Origin: an uncultured delta proteobacterium | GTDB taxonomy: Bacteria; Desulfobacterota; Syntrophobacteria; Syntrophobacterales; Syntrophobacteraceae | Reading direction: 5' to 3' | Assembly (NCBI GenBank): GCA_963808625.1 | Contig: CAWEHK010000049.1 | Span: 1 to 64,000 of the forward strand | DNA length: 64,000 bases | Part shown: positions 43,238 through 53,055 of the stretch, one piece after another | Position numbering within the stretch: position 1 is the first letter of the stretch | Layout of the letters: each line of letters begins with the position of its first letter | The notes under the pieces: generated by a model | Database searches by the model: none | The model's input: the letters and a program-made list of their open reading frames with translations, nothing else | What the model was told of the DNA's origin: nothing | Made by a program: the position numbers and the translations under genes

Positions 43238-44054
43238 ATGGAGCATGAAACGACGATACGCCTGGGTCTTTTTCCTGGGCATTTTCGGCATGGTAGCCCT
43301 TGGGGAAATCCTGGCCCCACGGCGGGCCCTCACCACCTCCAAAGCCGGTCGATGGTTCGCTAACCTGGCGATAATTGCTCTCAATCCGGTTTCGGTGCGC
43401 CTCGTCTTTCCCGTTTTGCCCGTGGGGGTGGCCCTCATGGCCCAGGAAAACCACTGGGGATTGCTCAACCACGTTGTTTTTCCGTACTGGCTTTCGGTAG
43501 CGATCGGCGTGATTGCTTTGGATTTTACCATCTACCTGCAGCACGTCGGCTTTCATGCCCTCCCGCTGCTCTGGCGGTTGCACATGGTGCACCACGCGGA
43601 CCTGGATTTTGACGTCACCACGGGACTCCGCTTCCATCCCCTCGAGATTGTGCTGTCCATGGGGATCAAAATCATGGCGGTCGTGCTGCTCGGAGCGCCC
43701 GTGCTGGCGGTGCTCGTTTTTGAGGTCGCGCTCAACGCCACGGCCATGTTCAGCCACAGCAACATGCGTCTTCCCGTGCGCTTTGATCGCGTGCTGCGGT
43801 GGTTCGTCGTGACCCCCGAAATGCACCGGGTGCATCATTCGGTGGTGATCCGTGAAACGAACAGCAACTATGGCTTCAACCTGCCCTGGTGGGACCGTCT
43901 GTTCGGCACCTATAAAGACCAGCCGGTGCAAGGGCATGCCGGGATGACCATCGGCCTCGCGCAATTCCGCGACCCCCGATTGCTGACTCTTCCCCGACTC
44001 CTGGTGCTGCCCTTTATCGGAGATATCGGGAAAGTGCCAATCAACCGTCATTAA
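43238..44054 (+). CDS. Sterol desaturase / fatty acid hydroxylase family protein; probable frameshift near the start
   Basis: YLQH..FH, WRLHMVHH, RFHPLE, FSHSN, PEMHRVHH and SNYG..WWDRLFGT histidine boxes. Confidence 0.92.
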
Positions 44055-44115
44055 TGGGAAACGAAGAGCCCATTTCGTATTTTTTCGAGGCCAGGCCCTC
44101 GAGGGAGCTCAGATC

Positions 44116-44520
44116 ATGGCATCAACGTACTCGAATCCAGGAAAACTCGCGATCAAGTCCAAGGTTTGGATTGAAGATCAAAATGGTAAGGTCGTATTTG
44201 GGTCAGGTCGCTTGCGCATTTTGGAGTTGGTGGACCGATACGGTTCCATCCATGCTGCATCCAAAGAGTTGAAGATGAGCTACCGGGCCGTGTGGGGTAA
44301 AATCAAGGCCACTGAAGATCGTCTGGGGCAGACTCTCGTGAGGAGGAAGCCGGATGGCGCCAGGCGGGGGGGATCGGAATTAACCCCTTTTGCAACAACC
44401 ATTATGGAGGGTTTTCGTCACCTTCAGAGTCTGGTCGAAAAAGAAGCGGATCATGTTTTTCAGGATTCCTTCTCGAGTGGCCTGGGCATGGAGATAAACC
44501 CACACACCGGCACAAAATGA
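44116..44520 (+). CDS. modE: ModE-family winged-helix regulator (DNA-binding domain only)
   Basis: VFGSGRLRILE...GSIHAASKELKMSYRAVW...GGSELT. Confidence 0.88.
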   Translation: MASTYSNPGKLAIKSKVWIEDQNGKVVFGSGRLRILELVDRYGSIHAASKELKMSYRAVWGKIKATEDRLGQTLVRRKPDGARRGGSELTPFATTIMEGFRHLQSLVEKEADHVFQDSFSSGLGMEINPHTGTK

Positions 44521-44571
44521 CTGCTTCCCAGGGGGGAATGCCCAGGACAGCTCCGCTTAAAGGAATGGCTG

Positions 44572-44712
44572 GTTCCACTGCGGCTTAAATGAGTGTCCCA
44601 GTTCCGTTCGTCATACCGGCGCAAGCCGGTATCCAGGTATTTTTTCTGGATTCCGGTTTTCACCGGAATGACGCATCAGGATTCCGGTCACTTTATGGTG
44701 CGGAGGTTCACT
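44572..44712. repeat. Miniature element related to 39595-39739
   Basis: AAATGAGTGTCC..GTCATACCGGCGCAAGCCGGTATCCA..TGGATTCCGG..CCGGAATGAC..GGTCACTTTA. Confidence 0.65.
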
Positions 44713-44714
44713 TA

Positions 44715-44970
44715 GAGGCTGTCTGAAAATTCCCTCTAAAGCTGGTTCCCAGGCTCTGGCTTGGGAACCCACCTCCTTGGAAGCTCCAGCTTCGTCGGAC
44801 TTGTGGATACCATCTGATACTCAAGACGCACGGGAAGCTGGAGCTTCCGTGCCTGCGTTCCCAAGCTGGAGCTTGGGAACGAGCGAACGAGCTCCCCCCT
44901 TTTTTAAAGGTGGGTCGGAGGGATTCTTCCTTCGAGTTTTGTGCAAAATTTGAATTTTCTGACAGCCTTC
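44715..44970. mobile_element. IS5/IS1182-like MITE carrying GTTCCCAAGCTGGAGCTTGGGAAC palindromes
   Basis: TIR GAGGCTGTCTGAAAAT / ATTTTCTGACAGCCTTC, with TTA on both flanks. Confidence 0.78.
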
Positions 44971-45104
44971 TTAGAGATTCCAGGAGACAAGCCTGAAGCG
45001 GGCTGGGCGGGCTTCAGGCCCGCCCTTCAGACTTTGTTGTCGCTTCAGAGGTGACCAACCAGGTGGCGTCGGTTCAATTCTTACGACCGGCTCGAAGTCC
45101 TTCC

Positions 45105-45956
45105 CTACATTTGTTTGCCGGCATCTGGGAAAAAGAGCGGCTGACCGAATTTGTCCTTGCCGAACTCACCGATGAGCTTCTGGGTTTCCGGCGCGATCAT
45201 AAACTCGACAAAGGCTTTGCCGCCCTTGCCGTTGACCTTGGTGAACTTCTCGGGATTGACCTGCATGACGTGGTAAACGTTGAGCAGTGACTTATCGCCC
45301 TCGGAGAGGATTTCCAGTTTGATGTTCGGTTTCTGCGCCAGGTAGGTCCCGCGGTCGGTGAGGGTATAGGCCTGCTTCTCGGAAGCCATCAACAAGGTTG
45401 CGCCCATGCCCTGGCCGGATTCCTGATACCATTTTGTCCCCGCCGGGCTGATTTCGGCTTTCTTCCAGATGGAGAGCTCTTTCTTGTGCGTACCGGAGTC
45501 GTCGCCGCGCGACACGAAGGTCGCTTCTTTCTGAACGATGGCCTTGAAGGCGTCAACGCTGGACTTCCCCTTGATTCCCGCAGGGTCAGCGGCGGGACCG
45601 ACGATCACGAAGTCATTGTGCATGACGAGCTGGTAGTTGCTTGCCAGGCCGCTATCAACCAGCTTCTTTTCAGCCTCCGGAGCATGCACCAGCAAAACAT
45701 CAGCCTCCCCCTTTTCGCCCATGGCCAGGGCCTGCCCGGTACCGGCGGAAATGGTCTTCACCCGATAGCCGGTTTGTTTCTCGAAGATCGGGATCAGGAC
45801 ATCGAGGAGTCCGGTATCCACGGTCGAGGTGGTCGTCGCCAGGATCAGGTCTTTGACTTCCGGTGGTGTGACACCGGCGCCCTGGGCCCCAGCCTCGGCG
45901 CTGGCGAGAAAAAGCGTCATTACCATCATCAAAAAGATCAACAAGCGTTTTGGCAT
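45105..45956 (-). CDS. tupA: Tungstate ABC transporter substrate-binding protein
   Basis: Signal peptide; LATTTSTVDTGLL, GTGQAL, LLVHAP, SRGDDSGTH and YTLTDRGTY. Confidence 0.93.
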   Translation of the reverse strand: MPKRLLIFLMMVMTLFLASAEAGAQGAGVTPPEVKDLILATTTSTVDTGLLDVLIPIFEKQTGYRVKTISAGTGQALAMGEKGEADVLLVHAPEAEKKLVDSGLASNYQLVMHNDFVIVGPAADPAGIKGKSSVDAFKAIVQKEATFVSRGDDSGTHKKELSIWKKAEISPAGTKWYQESGQGMGATLLMASEKQAYTLTDRGTYLAQKPNIKLEILSEGDKSLLNVYHVMQVNPEKFTKVNGKGGKAFVEFMIAPETQKLIGEFGKDKFGQPLFFPDAGKQM

Positions 45957-46104
45957 GGCATTCTCCTTTGATCATTATCCTTTGATCATTATCCGCGGGT
46001 GTCGTTCCCGCATGCTTTTGGCGGGAATCCAGGAAAAAGCCTGGACACCCGCCTTCGCGGGCATGACGCGTGGAGACCGGACACCCGCATAGGTGGCGCT
46101 GCAC

Positions 46105-47565
46105 TCAGTGAATCGCAAGCAAGGTAAGGATTTCATTGGTCGCCCAGTATACCTGATTTTGAACGTTGCAGTCGGTGATCCAGTCGTTCGCGTCAGGTTT
46201 TCCTTTTTGCTTGCAGCCGTCTGCCCTCGGCAAAACGTCTCGAGTGAGGATCTTGACGGCATATTGTTCCTGACTGGAGGTAAAAAACCATTTGGCGTTT
46301 CGGACGTTCAGGCGGAGCTGATCCTTCAGGAATTGATCCTTGAAAACTGCGGCATCAAGCGATTGGATCGCCGCAAGCAGTTCGTTGAATTTCACCTTTG
46401 TGGTCGCGGTGGGATCAATGGCGCCATAAAAGATAATCTTAGCCTCATCGACATAATTCCACCCGGCCTCAAGGGTGTCGATATCCGTGGTGCCCGCCGG
46501 CAGGGGCTCAACCTTGATGATCGTGGCGGACCGGGTTGAGAAACCGGCATTATGGTCCCCATTGCCATTATAGGGCCAGATCACATCCTGATTGGCTGCG
46601 GTGGAACGCTGATCGGGAGGCCCCGGCTTCTTCTGCGGTGGGACAACCCGGAAGGGACCTTCGCCATCAAGCTTGTTATCAGGAGTCAAAACGCCGGTGG
46701 TGAGGTATTCCCCATCCCTCTTGTAAGCCAAAAGCATTCGAAGAGGCTTTCCGTTTACGATGACATCACCATCGAACCTGCCCGCACACGAGGGTGCACT
46801 GTAGTCCGCCCAGCCCTCAGGGTTCTTGGCAATGTCAGCGACCTGATCGTAATAGTAGCTGGCCTTGGGGTAGATCCCGTAGACCTGATAGAGAGACGGA
46901 TTGGGGTCGGGATTAAGCGGGTGAAACTGCGAAAACCCGTCAGGTGCAGAGACTTTGATGTTGGTCGCCGAAGGCAGGACGCGGACCGTTTTCTTGAGCA
47001 GGTATTCCATGCTGGCGCCGGTGTATTCAGCATAAGTATCCGTGGATTTGCTCGCATTCATCAGCATAAACTGGTTCCATGCCGGGAGTTTCTCAAGATC
47101 GGCGCGACTGAAGATGCGATAGGGAGCGGTCACCTTCGAGGGATCGTCCTTCGGGTCACCGGGATATCTCACGGCAGCGATCTCCACCTTGTTGGGATAG
47201 GTGTCACCGTCCGAATCAAGGCTTTCGATGGCCTTGAGGGCATCGGCGTTTCGGCCATGGGCAAGATAATCGGTACCGTAGGAATTAAGGGTCTCGAGAA
47301 TGTTTCCGTGAGGTTCATCATAGCCATACTTGTAGTGGCACCATTGGCAGCTACCCAGGCTGACGGGCTTCCCCTTGGGATCCGTATATTGGCCGCCGGT
47401 GTGGCAGAGGTTGCAGCTGTCCAGCTTGGTGCCGGCCTTGTCGGGATAAACCGCAAGAAAGACCCCGGCATCCTGCTCACCCTGGTGATGATAGGCTGCC
47501 AGGCATACCCCGGAAAGAAGTCCCAAAGTCAAGACAATAACGATCCCTCTGTTTCCGTAACGCAT
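46105..47565 (-). CDS. GEGP-motif diheme cytochrome c protein, exported
   Basis: Signal peptide, CNLCH and CQWCH heme sites, LLAYKRDG...LDGEGPFRVVPPQ. Confidence 0.82.
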   Translation of the reverse strand: MRYGNRGIVIVLTLGLLSGVCLAAYHHQGEQDAGVFLAVYPDKAGTKLDSCNLCHTGGQYTDPKGKPVSLGSCQWCHYKYGYDEPHGNILETLNSYGTDYLAHGRNADALKAIESLDSDGDTYPNKVEIAAVRYPGDPKDDPSKVTAPYRIFSRADLEKLPAWNQFMLMNASKSTDTYAEYTGASMEYLLKKTVRVLPSATNIKVSAPDGFSQFHPLNPDPNPSLYQVYGIYPKASYYYDQVADIAKNPEGWADYSAPSCAGRFDGDVIVNGKPLRMLLAYKRDGEYLTTGVLTPDNKLDGEGPFRVVPPQKKPGPPDQRSTAANQDVIWPYNGNGDHNAGFSTRSATIIKVEPLPAGTTDIDTLEAGWNYVDEAKIIFYGAIDPTATTKVKFNELLAAIQSLDAAVFKDQFLKDQLRLNVRNAKWFFTSSQEQYAVKILTRDVLPRADGCKQKGKPDANDWITDCNVQNQVYWATNEILTLLAIH

Positions 47566-47696
47566 GTTACCCTCCTTTCGTTGATTACGACCCTGATGCT
47601 TTTGTCACCTGACAACATGGCCTTCAAAGAACCCTGTGATCAATTGTTGCGATTCAACCTCCAGGCAGGCGGCTCACGGTAGCAGAGGAATATAAC

Positions 47697-47714
47697 TATG
47701 TCAACATTGACATA
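47697..47714. promoter_or_regulatory. Palindrome TATGTCAA-CA-TTGACATA, candidate ModE-type operator
   Basis: Perfect 8-bp arms about 130 bp upstream of the diheme-tupA unit; TAT(A/G)T-spacer symmetry resembles ModE boxes. Confidence 0.55.
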
Positions 47715-47766
47715 TGCCAAAAATGAAATAAATGCTACGCCGGGTAGGTCCAGGTCCCAGGAACAG

Positions 47767-47791
47767 AAAAAGCCCAGCTTGCCGCTGGGCT
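47767..47791 (-). terminator. Rho-independent terminator after the tRNA pair
   Basis: AGCCCAGC-N5-GCTGGGCT hairpin followed by a T run on the minus strand. Confidence 0.8.
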
Positions 47792-47803
47792 GAAGTTCTT
47801 TTA

Positions 47804-47897
47804 TGGCGGAGAGAGAGGGATTCGAACCCTCGGTAGAGCTTTACACCCTACACTCGCTTAGCAGGCGAGCGCCTTCAGCCAACTCGGCCATCTCTCC
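47804..47897 (-). tRNA. tRNA-Ser(GCT)
   Basis: GGAGAGATGGCCGAG...CTCGC-CTGCTAA-GCGAG, long variable arm, GGTTCGAATCC, ends CGCCA. Confidence 0.97.
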
Positions 47898-47915
47898 GTA
47901 TTGATCTTATCGTAA

Positions 47916-48008
47916 TGGCGGAGGGAGTAGGATTCGAACCCACGGTCCCGCTGCTAACGGAACTACGGTTTTCAAGACCGCCGCCTTAAGCCACTCGGCC
48001 ATCCCTCC
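47916..48008 (-). tRNA. tRNA-Ser(TGA)
   Basis: GGAGGGATGGCCGAGTGG...GCGGT-CTTGAAA-ACCGT, long variable arm, GGTTCGAATCC, ends CGCCA. Confidence 0.97.
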
Positions 48009-48042
48009 CGATTTCCTTATGCTATCCATCTAATTCGATTAG

Positions 48043-48071
48043 CAATTAGCATTGAGTGGTGAATGTGTCAA
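48043..48071 (-). promoter_or_regulatory. Candidate sigma70 promoter of the tRNA pair
   Basis: TTGACA-N17-TAATTG with TG extension on the minus strand. Confidence 0.45.
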
Positions 48072-48559
48072 GAGCTTCAAAACGAAAATTGGAGATCGGA
48101 AGGCGGAAAACAGAGAGGGACGTGATTTCCGACTCCTGATTTCAGGCTTCTGCGTTTGGTCATAACTGACAACATTTGTCCAAGTAGTGACAAATGTCGT
48201 CTTTCCAGGTTGAGCCATGCGTTGCACGCATGAATGGCAACGTGTCGCACTCCTTGCATCCCCGAACCCCGTCCTCACAATCCGGCGGGTCCCAGGTCAG
48301 ACATGCTGTCCGCAACGGTTGCCCGAAGTAGGGACCCAAACCCTGTTCGCAGGCTCTGAAGGCTTATGGTCTGCCTCTTCTGCAGCATTTGCCATGGCCG
48401 GAACCATCAGGAAGAAGCGCGCACAAAATTTGCTTCTGTATCTATCCGGCCTGTAGCGCACCAGCCGTGCCGAGTAGATCCATTCGCTTGTGAGAGCGCA
48501 CTTGTTTCCCGTCGGGAACGGCGGGAGGAAGCCCATGCAAAAGAGGTAGCAACGAGGTT

Positions 48560-49069
48560 ATGGTTGACTCCGGGTCAGCGCATACGTCCAGGAAAACGCT
48601 TTCATGCCGGGCGGCGGCCGGCTTCACGCTCGTGGAGTTGATGGTCATCGTCGCCATCTGCGCCATCCTGGCGTCGGTGGCCGTCCCCGCCTATGTGAAC
48701 TACACCAACAGAGCAAAGCAGACAGAGGCGATCGACGCGCTCATGCAGGCGAAGTTCGACCAGGAAGTCTACTGGGCAGCAAACCAATTCTATTCCATTT
48801 GGATATGCTCTCTTGAGTCATTTCCAGTATTTCCGCAATGCAGCCCCTCGAAGCAGACAAACTGCTGTATCGGTGTGAGTATATGGGTGACAACCAATTC
48901 TTATCGTGTCTGGGTGATAAATGCTGACAATGAACACTTTCAGATCAAGGCAAAAAAGACCATACTGGGTGGAGATGATAATCTCACAGTGAGTGATATG
49001 CTTGAGAGGCCCATGGTGGAGACGCCCGACGCCCTCAAGTGGTCACTCTTCAAGTGGATATTCGGATAG
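48560..49069 (+). CDS. pilE: Type IV minor pilin, PilE-like
   Basis: G/FTLVELMVIVAI...VAVPAY..Y..RAK..EA prepilin motif. Confidence 0.82.
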   Translation: MVDSGSAHTSRKTLSCRAAAGFTLVELMVIVAICAILASVAVPAYVNYTNRAKQTEAIDALMQAKFDQEVYWAANQFYSIWICSLESFPVFPQCSPSKQTNCCIGVSIWVTTNSYRVWVINADNEHFQIKAKKTILGGDDNLTVSDMLERPMVETPDALKWSLFKWIFG

Positions 49070-49158
49070 CATAACGTTTGCGTGCTTGATGACCCGGAAG
49101 ACGGGTTTTCCGGAAGGAAACGAGCCGGTCCGATCGAAGACGAGGCCTGCTGACTTTA

Positions 49159-49268
49159 GGGGGCGTCCAAGAATAGGGGCCCTCTTTTACCACGAAGAAC
49201 ATGAAGGACACGAAGTGATTTCTTCGTGCATTTCGTGTCCTTCGTGGTTCGAAAAAGGGTTGCAATGA
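49159..49268. mobile_element. Truncated inverted copy of the 138-bp MITE
   Basis: TTA then GGGGGCGTCCAAGAA...CACGAAG hairpin...GAAAAAGGGTTGCAATGA; second TIR missing. Confidence 0.8.
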
Positions 49269-50116
49269 TTGGTCCCCACGGGAACCGGAGGATGGGAAGG
49301 CGACTCAGAAGTGGACTCAGGCTGGGAAGCATGCTCTCCGGGGTGCTGCTCCTGTGCCTGGTGTTGACCGGGTGCTCCCAGCAACCGTCTGCCCCGTCCG
49401 CGCTCCCGAGGCAAACTTCTGAAAAGGCCGTGGTTGCGGACCGGACGAACGTGCCGACCGAGCAGGCAGAAGGCGCTTCAGCGGGTCCCGAGTCGCCCTC
49501 CTCCGCCACGGGCAGCGGCGATAATCTTCCGGTAATCGAGAAAGTGTCGCTGGAACCTGGGTCGCCGGTTACCGGAGACCATCTGCAGGCAAATGTGCAG
49601 ACCCGCGGTCCCGCCGGTGATCAGGCAAAGATCCTTTACCGGTGGAAGCTTGACGGCCGCCTGGTCCAGGAATCGGAAGACAGGGTTTTGCAGAGTCCCC
49701 TGCATCGCGGTGAGTTCGTGGAACTGGAGGTGGTCGCCGGCAACGGCGCTTCCCGCGGTAATCCGGTCACTATTTCGACCTTTGTAGGCAATGCCGCACC
49801 CACAGTCCGGTTTTCCGGCCAGAGTCTGGGCAGCGACGGCATCTATCAGGCGAACGTCGAGGCGGTGGACCCGGAAGGGGGGCCAATAAGGTTCCTGCTT
49901 AAGAGCGGTCCTCCCGGGATGACCATTGATGCCTCCACGGGTGCTGTGAGATGGCCGGTCAGAGCGGATCACACTGGAGAAAGCTTTGGCGTCCTGGTAG
50001 CCGCCCAGGACAGCGAGGGAGCGGAAACGCAGCTCAGCTATCAAATCAAAACGCGCCTGGAAGCAGGTCAGGGGACTGGCAACAATGCAAACGATGCGGC
50101 TCCTTCAAAGCAGTAG
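49265..50116 (+). CDS. Putative lipoprotein with Ig/cadherin-like domains
   Basis: LVLTGC lipobox; N.AP...AVDPEG....GPPGMTIDASTG Ig-type repeat. Confidence 0.75.
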   Translation: MIGPHGNRRMGRRLRSGLRLGSMLSGVLLLCLVLTGCSQQPSAPSALPRQTSEKAVVADRTNVPTEQAEGASAGPESPSSATGSGDNLPVIEKVSLEPGSPVTGDHLQANVQTRGPAGDQAKILYRWKLDGRLVQESEDRVLQSPLHRGEFVELEVVAGNGASRGNPVTISTFVGNAAPTVRFSGQSLGSDGIYQANVEAVDPEGGPIRFLLKSGPPGMTIDASTGAVRWPVRADHTGESFGVLVAAQDSEGAETQLSYQIKTRLEAGQGTGNNANDAAPSKQ

Positions 50117-50591
50117 AGGATTCACGCTGGTCGAGGCCATGGTCGTGGTCGGTATTGTCGGAATTCTGGCCTGCGTCAGCTATTCTGGCTTTTCAAGCCA
50201 GCTCCAGCGGGAAAAGGCAACGGCGGCGGCAAACCAGTTAATGGGCCACCTCAAAGAAGCGAAAATGCTCGCCATGGAGAAGCATGAGAGTCATACCGTC
50301 GATGCCAACGAAACGATGTACATTGTCTACCGGGACGCGAGCAATCTCTACACACTCGATGATAGTGAATCGATCATCCACAAGGTAGATCTCGCCAAGG
50401 ATTTTCTTGGCGTCAAGCTAAGCGTAAGCGTAATCCCGTTTCGTTTTGACACCAAAGGAATGCCGAAAAAGCCTAGTCCTGGGGCGTTTTTGGGGACGAC
50501 TTTCACCCTGACTATGGCCGGAAAGCGTCAGTGCACTTTGACCATAGCAAATTCGGGCAGGATCGATGTCACTTCATGCTCCGACCTTTAG
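50085..50591 (+). CDS. fimT: FimT/FimU (GspH-like) minor pilin
   Basis: RG/FTLVEAMVVVGIVGIL; FRFDTKG and C-terminal SGRI. Confidence 0.8.
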   Translation: MQTMRLLQSSRGFTLVEAMVVVGIVGILACVSYSGFSSQLQREKATAAANQLMGHLKEAKMLAMEKHESHTVDANETMYIVYRDASNLYTLDDSESIIHKVDLAKDFLGVKLSVSVIPFRFDTKGMPKKPSPGAFLGTTFTLTMAGKRQCTLTIANSGRIDVTSCSDL

Positions 50592-50997
50592 CCGTGCAGG
50601 CTTTACCCTTATCGAGGTGATGGTTGCGCTGGCCTTCATGGCCATTGCTTTCGTTGCGGTTTGGGGCGTTCATTATTCCTCTCTCAAGGCGGATATCAGG
50701 ACGGACCTTGAAACCGGAGCCGTGGCCGCAGCATACAGTCAACTCGATTTCTTGCGAATTTTTCCCTTTACCGATGCCCTGTTGTCTGACGGCAACCATT
50801 CATCTAATGCGGCAGATCCTCCCCTGCCGGCAGCGTTCACCCGATCCTACTCGGTTGTGACCGACCCCAGTCTCCCCTGGAAAAAAACGGTCACCGTCGT
50901 CGTAAGGTGGACGGAAAGGACCGGCGGGTTTGGTGCGAGCAAGGTGTCGGTGCCGAAAAGTGTGCAGATGTCCTCGATGCTTGTGGACCTCAATTAA
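50566..50997 (+). CDS. pilV: PilV-like minor pilin
   Basis: AG/FTLIEVMVAL; KTVTVVVRW. Confidence 0.8.
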   Translation: MSLHAPTFSRAGFTLIEVMVALAFMAIAFVAVWGVHYSSLKADIRTDLETGAVAAAYSQLDFLRIFPFTDALLSDGNHSSNAADPPLPAAFTRSYSVVTDPSLPWKKTVTVVVRWTERTGGFGASKVSVPKSVQMSSMLVDLN

Positions 50998-51022
50998 GCT
51001 ACTGGCAACCGTGGTGCAAGTC

Positions 51023-51982
51023 ATGACGCAGAAACAGGGATCAAAGGGAATGACTCTCGTTGAACTGATGGTGGCGATAGCGGTCACTGCCGTCGTCATG
51101 ACCCTGAGTCTGTCGATTTTTTATGGCCAATTCAGAAGCTACAAGAGTGGCCAGGAGACCAAGGAAATCCAGGAAACCAGCAACGGGACCCTGGATTTCG
51201 TAAAGAGAGAACTGGCCCAGGCGGGTTGGTCGGTCAGGCCGGAGATGTCTTTTTTCATTCAAGATGGTGGAAGCGCTGGCACGGACCAGATTTACATCAA
51301 TGACACAAGCCTCGTCGATCTGAACTCCTCGTTTGGCCGTTCCCTAATGACTCAAGCCAATGGCTGCGGCGGTTGTGCGGAGATTGCCGGGGGGAGTGGC
51401 ACGGCAACCGTTACGGTTTCTTCACTTTACATCGACAATGATACAATTACAGATTTCAAAGCCAACGCTACCCATTATGTCATAAGCGACCAGACAGGGG
51501 CGGGCAACAGGATTGCCAAGATCCAGACCATTACGGGGAATCAGCTTAATCTGGATCGAACCACTGCCGGCAGATTCCTTGCGCCAGCGGTTTTCTACTA
51601 TGTCGAGACCGGCCAGATTCTCAGACGAAGTGACCGATCTTCAAGCGGCGCCCAGCCTTTTGCGGAAAATGTTGCCGATTTGCAGGTGGCTTATCGGGAC
51701 AGAAGCGGCAACTGGTATGGGGTGAGCGGTTGCGCTGGCGCGGGGGTGGGTGCGGGATTTTGCAGCATGAGTCCCTTTAATCCTGCCATGATCGGTTTGG
51801 TCCGGGTCACTCTCACCAGTCGGAGCACCAATCCCATCGGCATTATGAATAATTTGAAGTATTGCCGACCGGCGGTCGAAAACAGAGCGGCCGCCGCCCT
51901 TGGTTCTACCGAATGCGGGTATGTCTATCGAACCTACAGCGTCAGCATCCAGCCCAGGAATACCAGCAACGAATTCCAATGA
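51023..51982 (+). CDS. pilW: PilW-like minor pilin
   Basis: KG/MTLVELMVAI; RELAQAG; FAENVADLQVAY; VRVTL; IQPRN. Confidence 0.85.
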   Translation: MTQKQGSKGMTLVELMVAIAVTAVVMTLSLSIFYGQFRSYKSGQETKEIQETSNGTLDFVKRELAQAGWSVRPEMSFFIQDGGSAGTDQIYINDTSLVDLNSSFGRSLMTQANGCGGCAEIAGGSGTATVTVSSLYIDNDTITDFKANATHYVISDQTGAGNRIAKIQTITGNQLNLDRTTAGRFLAPAVFYYVETGQILRRSDRSSSGAQPFAENVADLQVAYRDRSGNWYGVSGCAGAGVGAGFCSMSPFNPAMIGLVRVTLTSRSTNPIGIMNNLKYCRPAVENRAAAALGSTECGYVYRTYSVSIQPRNTSNEFQ

Positions 51983-52456
51983 CGTGCAGCGGTAAGAGCG
52001 TGAATCAAAAGAGCCTGCCCCCGCCGCCCTCCGTATGCTCCCCTGCCTAAAGCGTGTGGGGACAAGCCTTGGCGAGGATATGTAGGAACAGGAGGTGGCG
52101 GGATTTCCGCTCGAAGCCTGTGGGAATGACGGTTCTCGGACGTCACGGTGATCAGCGAGGGCATGATGGTTGCATAAAATATTTCCACCGGCGCCTTGCT
52201 TTTTGTACCAAGAAAGATGGGTTTCCAGGGATTTCGGGACGTTGTCTTAAGCGAACGCACTTTCTCAATAAGTGTGGGTGGTCGAGCGTTTTTGTAACCT
52301 CTGAATTCCCGCCAGAACCATGCGGGAATGACGGATCCCTTAACAGGTGCGCTATCGTCGTGCTCGCATCGCTTTTGGCGGGCATCCAGAGAGACGGAAG
52401 ATTTGAGTCTCAATCCTTAACGGATATACAGCGAACCAGCAGCGAGGGGATGACAC

Positions 52457-52963
52457 ATGCCGCCGCGACTATTGCTCAGGGATGAGAAGGGCGTTGCCAT
52501 GGTGCTCGCCGTGTCGATGATCGGATTGTTGGCCTTGTTCGGGGTCTGGATGCTGGTTGAGGGCCAGACTGCATTTCGCGTCACGGCGTCAATGGAAAGG
52601 AGGGAATCGGCGTTCAATCTCGCCGAGGCGGCGCTCCGATTAGATTTTCGATGTCTTCTCGAGAACGCTCCTTCCCCATCCTATGCACTGTTGGCCAGCA
52701 CCAATCCCCTCGATGTAACCCCTACCGGTATATCCTATATGGCGTCGGCACAGTGTCTCGGAAAAGGGACGATCACCCCAACGATTAAATATCTGGCTTA
52801 CAACACCGCACCGCCTCCGGGATGGATGTTGAACTGGCAGGGTTCTTCATCCTTCTACAGTCTTTACTACAGGTCGACGGGAGAAGGGAGAATTCCCCTC
52901 CCCTCCGGTAAAGGTGATGCCAGGACCGTGGTCTCCGCTTTGACCTCAAGACTCACACGATAA
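52457..52963 (+). CDS. pilX: PilX-like minor pilin
   Basis: EKG/VAMVLAV (no Glu5); AFNLAEA. Confidence 0.8.
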   Translation: MPPRLLLRDEKGVAMVLAVSMIGLLALFGVWMLVEGQTAFRVTASMERRESAFNLAEAALRLDFRCLLENAPSPSYALLASTNPLDVTPTGISYMASAQCLGKGTITPTIKYLAYNTAPPPGWMLNWQGSSSFYSLYYRSTGEGRIPLPSGKGDARTVVSALTSRLTR

Positions 52964-52997
52964 CTCCGAAGCGAGAGCCTGGTGAGGAGGAAACTAA

Positions 52998-53031
52998 ATC
53001 CGACATCCCAAATCCGACATCCGACATCCGA
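52998..53031. repeat. Heptamer tandem repeat ATCCGAC
   Basis: About 5 imperfect units between pilX and pilY1. Confidence 0.75.
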
Positions 53032-53055
53032 TAAATTCGGAAGGAGAGCCTGGTG

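Noticed and set aside
47804..48008. tRNA-Ser as attachment site of a genomic island
   Set aside because: No duplicated tRNA 3' end and no integrase found in the window
47916..48008. tRNA-Sec or a suppressor tRNA
   Set aside because: Anticodon is TGA (reads UCA, Ser), with a normal 7-bp acceptor stem
48230..48460. c-di-GMP (GEMM) riboswitch upstream of the pilins
   Set aside because: Only a loose GGGAC.CAAA.CC resemblance; no GGCAAAC / GAAA-tetraloop stem. An Rfam scan would settle it
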